From a virus (taxonomy: Duplodnaviria > Heunggongvirae > Uroviricota > Caudoviricetes): a stretch of 31,955 bases of DNA. The position numbers were made by a program, and so were the translations under genes. Below the pieces are notes generated by a model. That model searched no databases. It had not been told where the DNA came from and saw only the letters and a list, made by a program, of their open reading frames with translations. Below are positions 1 to 7,941 of this stretch, piece by piece. The stretch is from IMG/VR virus record IMGVR_UViG_2713896775_000007, positions 1-31,955 of that record. The stretch is one strand, 5' to 3'. Each line of letters opens with the position of its first letter. Positions within the stretch are counted from its first letter, which is position 1.

Positions 1-46
1 GCCACGGGAGCACCTCAAAAACACCATCATACACTAAATCAGTAAG

Positions 47-1387
47 TTGGCACCATTACCCAAGTTTATTGAAGCAGACTTTGGGCTGAATGTGGCAATG
101 CGTATAGCTAATGATGAAAATATTTTGCTCAAGAAAAGTAGATTCTTTTGTGGGGGAAAGAGTCAGGAGGCATCGTCATATTCACAGTTTGTGCAAGGAT
201 CATATTTTCCTGGCGAATCCATCGAACATCTTAAAACAAAAGCCAAAGAAACTGACAAGTGGGGATGTAATAATATAACTTTTTCTGATTCAATACAGCT
301 AAGTTTAGATGGTGCCCCTACTGCATTAGTAGACGTCTTCAATGATATTGATTCTTCGTTGGCAACCAAAGAGAAAATCGAATTTCCTAAATCGGAAAAA
401 ATCACTGACGAGTCAAAGATAGATGAGCTTGATAATTATCTACTTCAATCGATCATTAAAGATGATGTAAATGTTATTATAGATGAGATTCAATCTTTTG
501 GTGCCTCTATTGTAATTAATAATTCTTTGACATTTTTTAAATTGCACACAAAAGTTGAGGGGAGTGGAAAGTATCTTCAATCAGCAGATAAGGTTAATGA
601 CATAAAAATAACAGATGTTAAGCAATTTATAAAAAACAACGACATAAAGGATGTCAATAAAGTTTTTGTTAAGATAACTAATGAAAATAACAGTGGTCAT
701 ACGGCCTCGCTAAAAGAAATATTGAGTATTACTTATAGCGATGGCAGTGAGCACTACTTCCTTAAGAGGGGAGGGTGGAGTCGATTTAACTCTGCCTTTA
801 TGAAGTATTTGTCTACCTCTTTAGCCAGTATAAAATTTGAGGTTAAAGATGCTCTAAAGGAAGACGACTTCAAAGCATGGCAAGCTGAAAAAATAAAACA
901 AATCGAAGAAGGAACTTCTAAAGACAAATTAGAATATAGAGAGTACTATTTTAATGAAAAGATGTCTGTTGAGAAAGGTTATATACTTCTAGATCGCCAG
1001 CTCAAAAAAATACCATCCTTACGTGATGATGGAAAGGACTACAATGTTGAAGTTGCAGATCTTTATAAAAATGGAGAGATTATTGCTGTAAAGATATCAG
1101 ATAAACCGCATGATCTAATTTATAATATTGAGCAGTCAAAAACTACAATTCAAACTATAGTAAGAGGAGTAGTAAAATTTGAAGAGAAAATTACTGATGT
1201 GGTTTTATGGATCTCAACTACTACAAAAGCCAAAAAATTGATTGACATCAATTCTATCCAATTTTTATTAGCGGTTCAAACTTGGAAGGAAGTTGTTGAA
1301 GGATTTAATTTGAAACCAAAGATATATTATTCGCATCACGACAAACCCAAAAAGAAAAAGGAAAAGAAAAAGCCAAAAAACGGTTGA
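47..1387 (+). CDS. Hypothetical protein, 446 aa, lysine-rich C-terminal tail (HHDKPKKKKEKKKPKNG); no recognisable catalytic motif
   Basis: Long uninterrupted ORF bounded by an in-frame stop at 35..37; TTG at 47 or ATG at 98 as start; AT-rich; convergent with the downstream operon. Confidence 0.5.
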   Translation: MAPLPKFIEADFGLNVAMRIANDENILLKKSRFFCGGKSQEASSYSQFVQGSYFPGESIEHLKTKAKETDKWGCNNITFSDSIQLSLDGAPTALVDVFNDIDSSLATKEKIEFPKSEKITDESKIDELDNYLLQSIIKDDVNVIIDEIQSFGASIVINNSLTFFKLHTKVEGSGKYLQSADKVNDIKITDVKQFIKNNDIKDVNKVFVKITNENNSGHTASLKEILSITYSDGSEHYFLKRGGWSRFNSAFMKYLSTSLASIKFEVKDALKEDDFKAWQAEKIKQIEEGTSKDKLEYREYYFNEKMSVEKGYILLDRQLKKIPSLRDDGKDYNVEVADLYKNGEIIAVKISDKPHDLIYNIEQSKTTIQTIVRGVVKFEEKITDVVLWISTTTKAKKLIDINSIQFLLAVQTWKEVVEGFNLKPKIYYSHHDKPKKKKEKKKPKNG

Positions 1388-1495
1388 TTAAAAATATTTA
1401 ATTTCCTTATCGAATAATTTCAGGAGAGAAAAGAACATTCTAATTACCACATTATCAATATTATTTGAGTGTATTGATGGATTTAAAATCTTATG

Positions 1496-1534
1496 TGGTG
1501 GTGTTATGTGAAACTTACACCACCATTGTTTATT
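1496..1534. terminator. Candidate bidirectional intrinsic terminator between convergent genes
   Basis: 9-bp perfect stem TGGTGGTGT (1496..1504) / ACACCACCA (1517..1525), 12-nt loop, followed by TTGTTTATT. Confidence 0.45.
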
Positions 1535-1648
1535 GAACATTTTTAAGAACTTTCAAAATTTACTCTGGATGTTGGTTATAAACTCCATAGCTGATAAGCT
1601 GTGGCACTATTTATGCAATCATAGTGCCCTCATAATCTCTGTACGATT

Positions 1649-3469
1649 TTATTTGAAATGAATTAAACCATAGTTGCCTCTTAATTCATTATCAACAAGA
1701 GTAAAGTTCGTCATTTCTCTGTCAAGCCAATAAGACTCTTCAATATGCTCTAACAGTATTATTTGGAAACCACCATGAGACCGCATTTTCTCAACAAAAG
1801 AATTAATTTCATTTAGGGCTGCATCAAGACTTGCAAAGTCATCAGTTTTTTTACCAGCAGTACTAAAATATGGAGTGCTGGGCTGGTCAATGACTAAGAA
1901 TCGTGGAACCCACGGTACTTTTCTATCTCTTACCAATTCGTGAAGTGCAAGGAAATAAGCTACATGTACATACATATAGTTAGAAGCACTTCCAATATCT
2001 ATCATTTTTTCAACTTGATTTTTATTTATTAAATCAAGTGTTTTTTTTGCCTTGTTGAATATCGGAGTTGCATCCTCAAATCCTTTTAAAGGCATCCGTT
2101 TGAATATTTCCTTTATTTTTCCGTTCAGTAAACTCAATGTATATTCTTTAAAGGCATTATTATCTGTTATCTTGCTTTCTAACTCATTAATTTTAGTAGT
2201 TATCTTTTCTATAGTATCAGTATAATCATATTTAGGGAGAACAACTATCCGTTTAATTTCAGAGCTGAGTTCACCCATGAACCGATAAAGCTCGATTGGC
2301 GTGATTTTTTCATCACTAACAGTTGCAAGTTTTTTACTCAAGGATGATATTTTAAGTTCTAACTCTTTTCTCTTAGCATTTGTTTTTGATATGAGTGAGT
2401 TTTGTCCTTTTTCGGCTATAGCCTTTTTTATCTCTGAGCTTTGGTTCAATAAGGATTTAATGATTGAATAGATTTTTTTTGTATATAATATTTCGCTATA
2501 ATTATCATCTAGATATTTGGCTATTAAAAGAGAGTCTTGGTTATCTTTTAAAAACTTCTTATATTCAGTATTTGTTTCTATATATTCATTAATGTCTGTC
2601 AGTTCTTTTTTTAAGAGGAAAAGTTCTTTTTCAATTTTTGTTCTTTCATTAATTGCTGGGATTTCGTTTATATCCTTGTAATTAACTATCGCTTTCAAAT
2701 TTTCAAGTTTATCACTTACAGTTGGTTCATTCTTGCTGTTTTCACTTATTAAACCAAAATAATACGCCCTGTCGTATAGTGATTCTATTTCACTTTCGAA
2801 ATTGAAATAAGAGTCTTTGCTAGCCGACTGTTTATATTCGATACGAGCAAGATTCCTTTGTAATTCTTCTAACCGCGTTCTCATTATCATAGTTTCGGCG
2901 TTTTCACTGCCAAGAGCCATGTCAAAGGTTCGGTCAATACGCTCTCTTGTCTTTAAATCAGAGATTTTCGAATAAAGATGTTCTGAAGAGGTTAGTGTTG
3001 TTTGATCTATAAAGCAATGCGGGATAAAATATCTATAGGATACTTTTGACCCTTGTTGTATGAATCTACCACCATAAGGGATTTTTAGAGAACTATTAAT
3101 ACCAAACTCATAATTCAGATGTTCTTTTAAAACATCCTTTTTGATATTGTTAATAGGGATTTGTGGAATGCCTCCATTTTTGTCAAAGTAAACTAGATCA
3201 TCTTCTTCAAAGTGTGTCGCTTTTCTACAAATAGTGAAATATTTACCGTTTATACTTAATCTAATCCCATACCAATTTACAAAATTATCGACATTTGTTT
3301 TTGATATACCATCAGATGATGAGGATAAAAGGCAATAATCAATGATAGCCAGTATTGAGGATTTCCCTTTGCCAGAATCACCTGTTATTACATTTACCTT
3401 ATTTTCCTCAAGTTCTAAATTCCTCAAGGTTGAATCAATTTGCCATATTAAAATATTAGTAATCTGCAT
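1649..3469 (-). CDS. SMC/Rad50-like ABC ATPase with coiled-coil insert; LmuB-like ATPase component of a Lamassu/ABC-3C system
   Basis: N-terminal Walker A GDSGKGKSS; long K/E/L-rich central segment (coiled coil); C-terminal Walker B-like RFLVIDQPS and H-loop-like QIILLEH; 1-nt overlap with upstream gene. Confidence 0.7.
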   Translation of the reverse strand: MQITNILIWQIDSTLRNLELEENKVNVITGDSGKGKSSILAIIDYCLLSSSSDGISKTNVDNFVNWYGIRLSINGKYFTICRKATHFEEDDLVYFDKNGGIPQIPINNIKKDVLKEHLNYEFGINSSLKIPYGGRFIQQGSKVSYRYFIPHCFIDQTTLTSSEHLYSKISDLKTRERIDRTFDMALGSENAETMIMRTRLEELQRNLARIEYKQSASKDSYFNFESEIESLYDRAYYFGLISENSKNEPTVSDKLENLKAIVNYKDINEIPAINERTKIEKELFLLKKELTDINEYIETNTEYKKFLKDNQDSLLIAKYLDDNYSEILYTKKIYSIIKSLLNQSSEIKKAIAEKGQNSLISKTNAKRKELELKISSLSKKLATVSDEKITPIELYRFMGELSSEIKRIVVLPKYDYTDTIEKITTKINELESKITDNNAFKEYTLSLLNGKIKEIFKRMPLKGFEDATPIFNKAKKTLDLINKNQVEKMIDIGSASNYMYVHVAYFLALHELVRDRKVPWVPRFLVIDQPSTPYFSTAGKKTDDFASLDAALNEINSFVEKMRSHGGFQIILLEHIEESYWLDREMTNFTLVDNELRGNYGLIHFK

Positions 3470-3915
3470 TATAATCTAACTCCACAAATGTCATATATAT
3501 TGTGTGGTTCTTCTAATAATAAACGTGCAACGTTTATAGATGCTGCCTGTATTTTTACGGCTCTTTTGCCAATAAACGGGATCGCATTATCTAATATTAA
3601 CTTGTTTTTAAATGCTAATTTACCGTGTTCTAATTCAGCTATTCCATTTTCAAGGCACAATGAAACACAATTAACTGAGGATGGAAGGAAATTATAGAAT
3701 CTTTTATTTATGGATACTATTATTTCGGGCTTGGTTAAAAGTAGATCTTGAAAAGATAGTGTATTGGTTCTCTTGTGGGCAAGGTAATCTAAGCTTTTTT
3801 TATGAAATATAATTGGTAAAATTAGCATTGCATTGCTTATTTCAATATTTGATGCTATTGATAACACCTCTTGCAAAGAGAATATACCCAAAAGCTCATT
3901 GTTATATATTTTCAT
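3469..3915 (-). CDS. Small middle component (LmuC-like) of a three-gene Lamassu/ABC-3C operon
   Basis: 148-aa ORF sandwiched between effector and ATPase with 4-nt (ATGA) and 1-nt overlaps, implying translational coupling; size and position fit the middle component. Confidence 0.5.
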   Translation of the reverse strand: MKIYNNELLGIFSLQEVLSIASNIEISNAMLILPIIFHKKSLDYLAHKRTNTLSFQDLLLTKPEIIVSINKRFYNFLPSSVNCVSLCLENGIAELEHGKLAFKNKLILDNAIPFIGKRAVKIQAASINVARLLLEEPHNIYDICGVRL

Positions 3916-5111
3916 TTATAGACTGACTCCCAGTTTTGAAGCCATCCTATTTTGGGCTTATCTGAAAGGAGCAAGAACGTTCCTGTAGTCATAGATTTAG
4001 GTAATTGATTTTTATCCAACACAATATTACAGTTTCCTGTCAATTCAGTATAGACAGAGAAGGCTTTATTAAGATGATCTTCATTTATTTCTGTAAAACG
4101 GCTTCGTATATACGTTGCTGAATGACGTGATTGCCATTCATCAAGCGCTTTTAGATATATTAGTCTTTCTTCTTGAGTTGTTAAATCTCCAGAGCTTTGC
4201 AATTTTTGAATGAAAGCTTCTGTTTTGGCCATTTCATTTATATATTTTACGATTGAATCGCTATTCAAATCCAAATCTTTGAGTTGTTTGTAAGATATCT
4301 TTGATTCAACGTTAGTTGGGTATGCAGATTCAAAATCGTAGTATTGGTCGAAATTATTTATACAATTTCTTGAAATTTGAATAATCCTATCTATTCCCAA
4401 ATTATTTCGAAAATCATCATAACTTATATTTATTTTGGTGTGATTTTTAACCAAATCATATTTATGTTTAAAAAAAGCACCTGAAATATAATTAAAAGCA
4501 TCATCTATTTTATCATCAGGGATTGCTAATGTTTTTAGTAATGTTTTTATTTGGCGGATGATCCCATCTTCGCTATGTTGAAAACTTATACTATTAAATA
4601 AACGTTTAGAAGAATTGCTATCGAGTGAGTTTATGATAGAAATATACTTATAAAGGTCATCTGACTTATTTTTATGATCTTGTTCTATCTTTTCTATTTC
4701 ATCTTTTATTTTTTCAATGTCCTTAGTGTCGTTAGTCAAAAGTTGCACGATACCAGGCTCTAAGGTAAGACCTTTGTTAGTGTAAAAAATAAGGCTAATG
4801 CTTTTGTCGCCTATGGTCTTAATCGCCTCTGACCAATTATATAATGTTTTCCATAAGTCTATGTCTTTATTAGTTATATTAGACTTGTTAATTGAATGTT
4901 TAACTTGAACCAAAGTTTTATGACCCTCGATGCTCTCAAGATGGAGATCGTCATAAACTTCAATCCCAATGTGTTCTTCTGGTTTAAGCTCTAAGGCATG
5001 TTTTAAAGCAACGTAATCTTGATAGGTAAAACCTATTGAATTTTTGTCAGCATTAGTTTTTTCAAAGAAATCCATATGGTAGCCCACTAAGGAAACAAGC
5101 AATGAAAGCAT
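3912..5111 (-). CDS. Effector component (LmuA-like) of a Lamassu/ABC-3C system; N-terminal region compatible with a PD-(D/E)xK-type nuclease
   Basis: 399-aa ORF, first gene of the operon; N-terminal IGIEVYDDLHLE...LVQVKHS resembles a D...(E/Q)xK nuclease signature; start uncertain (ATG at 5111 or 5075). Confidence 0.5.
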   Translation of the reverse strand: MLSLLVSLVGYHMDFFEKTNADKNSIGFTYQDYVALKHALELKPEEHIGIEVYDDLHLESIEGHKTLVQVKHSINKSNITNKDIDLWKTLYNWSEAIKTIGDKSISLIFYTNKGLTLEPGIVQLLTNDTKDIEKIKDEIEKIEQDHKNKSDDLYKYISIINSLDSNSSKRLFNSISFQHSEDGIIRQIKTLLKTLAIPDDKIDDAFNYISGAFFKHKYDLVKNHTKINISYDDFRNNLGIDRIIQISRNCINNFDQYYDFESAYPTNVESKISYKQLKDLDLNSDSIVKYINEMAKTEAFIQKLQSSGDLTTQEERLIYLKALDEWQSRHSATYIRSRFTEINEDHLNKAFSVYTELTGNCNIVLDKNQLPKSMTTGTFLLLSDKPKIGWLQNWESVYK

Positions 5112-5325
5112 AAAAAAACATCAGTATCTTTTTTTTACCATATCAAACACTAAAAACATATGGAAGCATACGTATCAAAGTTTAGTTATATAACCTTATG
5201 TTTTTATACTGGTTTTATGTACATGTGCGCTTTCAATCCGATGAGAATGTTTTAGCTAAGGGGCATTCGTCAGTATATGGGCTTTCCAGGCTCTCCCTAT
5301 CCTTCTTGCTAATCCCCTGTATCAG

Positions 5326-6555
5326 TCAAGCAGCGATAGCTTTAGCTCTTTGAGTTTGAACGTAATCACTCCACCATTGCATCAAACTCTGTCGTTCTAT
5401 CAGATATTCTGCACGATTGTATGCTGCGATAATTTCATCTTTTTTAGAGTGGGCGAGTGCTGCCTCAAGAACTTCAGCTCTGAACTTACCAGACTCCTCT
5501 GCCGCTGTTCTTGCAATCGAACGCATACCGTGAGCTACAAGTTCGCCTCCAAACCCCATTCGGATAATAGCTGCGTTGGCTGTTTGTTCATGCATATGAT
5601 TAAGAGGCGCTTTAATGCTGGGGAAAACCCATTCTCTATGCCCACTTATTGATTTCATTAATTCAAGGATGTGCAAAGCTTCTTTACTCAAAGGAACTTT
5701 GTGAGGCTTTTTCATTTTCATAAAATCAGCAGGAATGTTCCAAATGTTGTTGGTTGTATCAATATCAGACCACCTTGCGCGAACGGCTTCACCCGGACGA
5801 ACCCATGTCAACAATTGCCATTCAATTAGCATACGTGTTTCCAGCCGGATTGACGCATTCGTCAAAGATTCCATAAACCTTGGCAATTCGCTTGGGGGAA
5901 GGGCAGGCATATTTTGCTTTTTTGGTTTACTGAATCTTTGACCAAGGTTGTCAGCCGGATTGAACTCAATAAGTTCTTCAGTGGCTGCCCACCGGAAGAT
6001 TTCATTCAGACGTGAAATGATGCGGCGTAGAGTTTCCAATACGCCTCGTTGCTCAATAGGATCAAGGTGTTGTTTTAAGAGCTTAGGTCGGATCTCATTG
6101 ATAGGGACATTACCCAGGCCAGGAAAGACATTTCTCTCTAAGCTGCGCCAGATGTCTGCTGCATGGTCTTGTGAGATACCTGAGGTCTTTACCTTCTCAT
6201 CCAACCATTTCCTTGCCACGGCTTGGAGAGTGTGTTCAGTAGCATTCTTTAAGGCATTAGCTTTATCGTTGTTATGAACTTGGGGATCAATGCCATTAGC
6301 AAGCAAGGAAAGGTATTCATCTCGTAAGGCTCTGGCTCTTGCCAGTGTAAGGTGAGGATATGTCCCAAGGCTCATTTTGGTTCTTTTTTTACTGACTGGC
6401 ACTGCATACCTGAAATACCAATTCTTCTTTCCTCCTTTCGAGAGGGGAGCGATTCGTAGTATCAAACCATCTCCGTCAAACAAGTTGATTTCTTTGTCGG
6501 CTGGCTTGGTGCTTTTGATTTCAGTGTCAGTGAGCTTCTTAGCGATTTTTGCCAT
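5326..6555 (-). CDS. int: Tyrosine integrase, P4/CP4-57 (IntA) type
   Basis: N-terminal arm-binding-like region (TDTEIKSTKP...LFDGDGLILRI...WYFRY) and C-terminal catalytic region with R...H..R...Y-type residues (HGMRSIART...AYNRAEY); likely start at the internal ATG at 6555 rather than the longest ORF at 6597. Confidence 0.85.
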   Translation of the reverse strand: MAKIAKKLTDTEIKSTKPADKEINLFDGDGLILRIAPLSKGGKKNWYFRYAVPVSKKRTKMSLGTYPHLTLARARALRDEYLSLLANGIDPQVHNNDKANALKNATEHTLQAVARKWLDEKVKTSGISQDHAADIWRSLERNVFPGLGNVPINEIRPKLLKQHLDPIEQRGVLETLRRIISRLNEIFRWAATEELIEFNPADNLGQRFSKPKKQNMPALPPSELPRFMESLTNASIRLETRMLIEWQLLTWVRPGEAVRARWSDIDTTNNIWNIPADFMKMKKPHKVPLSKEALHILELMKSISGHREWVFPSIKAPLNHMHEQTANAAIIRMGFGGELVAHGMRSIARTAAEESGKFRAEVLEAALAHSKKDEIIAAYNRAEYLIERQSLMQWWSDYVQTQRAKAIAA

Positions 6556-6652
6556 TTTGGGACCCTCGGTTTTTGGACCCTTCTTAGTGGGTCCCATTCA
6601 GGGTGCCATAAGTGATAGTTCTCAGCAATTCTCACTGGACGACAATAGACGT

Positions 6653-6684
6653 AAAAAAGCCCGCAGAGCTTGTGCTGTGCGGGC
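6653..6684 (-). terminator. Candidate rho-independent terminator (minus strand) between the tmRNA fragment and the integrase
   Basis: Stem GCCCGCA / TGCGGGC with ~12-nt loop, followed on the minus strand by a T6 run (plus-strand AAAAAA at 6653..6658). Confidence 0.45.
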
Positions 6685-6720
6685 TTAGTAGACTTCATTG
6701 TACTTCAAACAACTAAAAAG

Positions 6721-6765
6721 TGGTGGAGCTGGCGGGAGTTGAACCCGCGTCCGAAATTCCTACAT
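6721..6765 (-). other. ssrA: 3'-terminal fragment of a tmRNA (ssrA)-like gene; probable attachment-site repeat
   Basis: Minus strand reads ATGTAGGAATTTCGGACGCGGGTTCAACTCCCGCCAGCTCCACCA: tRNA-like T-arm and acceptor 3' strand ending CCA, matching the E. coli ssrA 3' end as recalled; adjacent upstream sequence is AT-rich and not tmRNA-like. Confidence 0.75.
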
Positions 6766-6878
6766 ACTATTTTTACTGTAATAAAAACAGTGAATTACGT
6801 TTAAAAACAGTCCTTTAGTGTTATTTGCTGTTTATATGTTTTATGCGTTTTTAATGCTCTGCCGCCACTTTGTCGCCA

Positions 6879-7937
6879 TTAAATGCGCTGGTCATTTGAT
6901 ATAGGTAAAATGCTTGTAAAGAGTTTTTCGTCATATAGTGCGTACTCAGGTATGTAATCACCATTGCTTTTACCTGTTTGGAAGATAGAGGGGTCCTTGT
7001 CGATTAAAACATATAACTCAATGAGAATATTTCTTAGTCCCCAAAGCATTTGCTTTAGTTGTTTTTCATCATTGAATGAGATGCTTATGGCTTCCGTATC
7101 TGGTTTTGGATGTTCAGGAATTATTGAGAAAAGATGTTCTTGGTATTTATAATCAATTCCAAGTAGTCTGCAAAGTTGAATTATGTTTGATTCTATGAGT
7201 TGTAGGCTAACTAATTGGTTGTCATGATTTTTGTTGTTGGACTTAAGCGATTTGTTTATGTTGTTATAATGATTTGTTGTTTTTCGAATAAAATCTTCTT
7301 CGACAGCGGTGCTATAGCCATTATCAATGGAAGATGATTTGAAAATATTTTTATAAAGAGTGTACGGATGAACTACAGATAGTTCAATACTGTCTATATC
7401 ACTAGTTTCTTTATTTAATCTTGATAATTTAAATGTTGGTAGTGTTTGGAATATATCAGCGAAGCTTTTCAGATGTGAGTAATATGAATCAGTGGTGTTT
7501 TTTTCAATAATAAGATTGATTTGCTTTTGTGTTTTTTCTATTTGGTTCTCTGTTTGTGTGGTTCTATGTATATTGTTGACGATTGCTGCAAGAGGTACCG
7601 AAGAAGCTAAAATAAATAATGGCAATTTAGAGATGTCAAGAAAGTGATTAAAACCGTCTGATGTGAAATTTAAATTGTGGCCTTTCCAAGCCCAGAGGCC
7701 ATACAAAACAAACATTTTTAACGGTACGATAATAGATGCTATGAATAATGGTTGTTTTAATAGATTTTTCTCATTTAGTTTAAGCCAATTGAAGCAATAG
7801 AACATAAGTATCAATCCAAGTATATAAGCTACACTAAAGAAGATAAAAACTCTTGGACGATTAGTGTATATCAATGCTAAGGCAATTAAGATGGTAATGA
7901 TTGCGTAGGTAATGATTAATGTGAGTTTTTTTTTCAT
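6879..7937 (-). CDS. Hypothetical membrane protein (about 4 N-terminal TM helices plus ~230-aa soluble C-terminal domain); moron downstream of the prophage integrase
   Basis: ORF begins 4 nt after the integrase stop; hydrophobic segments LTLIITYAIITILIALALIY, VFIFFSVAYILGLILMFYCF, LFIASIIVPLKMFVLYGLWAW, LPLFILASSVPLAAIV; AT-rich; start 7937 or 7979. Confidence 0.5.
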   Translation of the reverse strand: MKKKLTLIITYAIITILIALALIYTNRPRVFIFFSVAYILGLILMFYCFNWLKLNEKNLLKQPLFIASIIVPLKMFVLYGLWAWKGHNLNFTSDGFNHFLDISKLPLFILASSVPLAAIVNNIHRTTQTENQIEKTQKQINLIIEKNTTDSYYSHLKSFADIFQTLPTFKLSRLNKETSDIDSIELSVVHPYTLYKNIFKSSSIDNGYSTAVEEDFIRKTTNHYNNINKSLKSNNKNHDNQLVSLQLIESNIIQLCRLLGIDYKYQEHLFSIIPEHPKPDTEAISISFNDEKQLKQMLWGLRNILIELYVLIDKDPSIFQTGKSNGDYIPEYALYDEKLFTSILPISNDQRI

Positions 7938-7941
7938 TCTA

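Larger units (their letters stand above)
1..6765. mobile_element. Integrase-associated AT-rich island (possibly a P4-like satellite or defence island); left boundary outside window, right boundary at the ssrA 3' fragment
   Basis: P4/CP4-57-type integrase immediately downstream of a tmRNA 3'-end repeat; cargo genes visibly AT-rich compared with the prophage core to the right. Confidence 0.5.

Noticed and set aside
163-405. Minus-strand 80-aa ORF inside the 446-aa gene
   Set aside because: Embedded antisense in a longer, more plausible CDS.
3488-3697. Plus-strand 69-aa ORF antisense to the middle-component gene
   Set aside because: Embedded antisense in the translationally coupled three-gene operon.
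5350-6277. Plus-strand ORFs (5350..5652, 5735..5941, 5948..6277) antisense to the P4-type integrase gene
   Set aside because: Fully contained within a well-supported integrase CDS on the opposite strand; no start context and no recognisable protein features.
6377-6698. ORFs 6377..6688 (+) and 6462..6698 (-) around the integrase N-terminus
   Set aside because: They overlap the integrase 5' end and its upstream terminator region; the integrase most plausibly starts at 6555, and these are frame artefacts.
6721-6900. A complete tRNA or tmRNA gene
   Set aside because: Only the 3' 45 nt (T-arm, acceptor strand, CCA) is tmRNA-like; the adjacent sequence is AT-rich with no D-arm, anticodon-arm or tmRNA body, so it is an att-repeat fragment and not a functional RNA gene.
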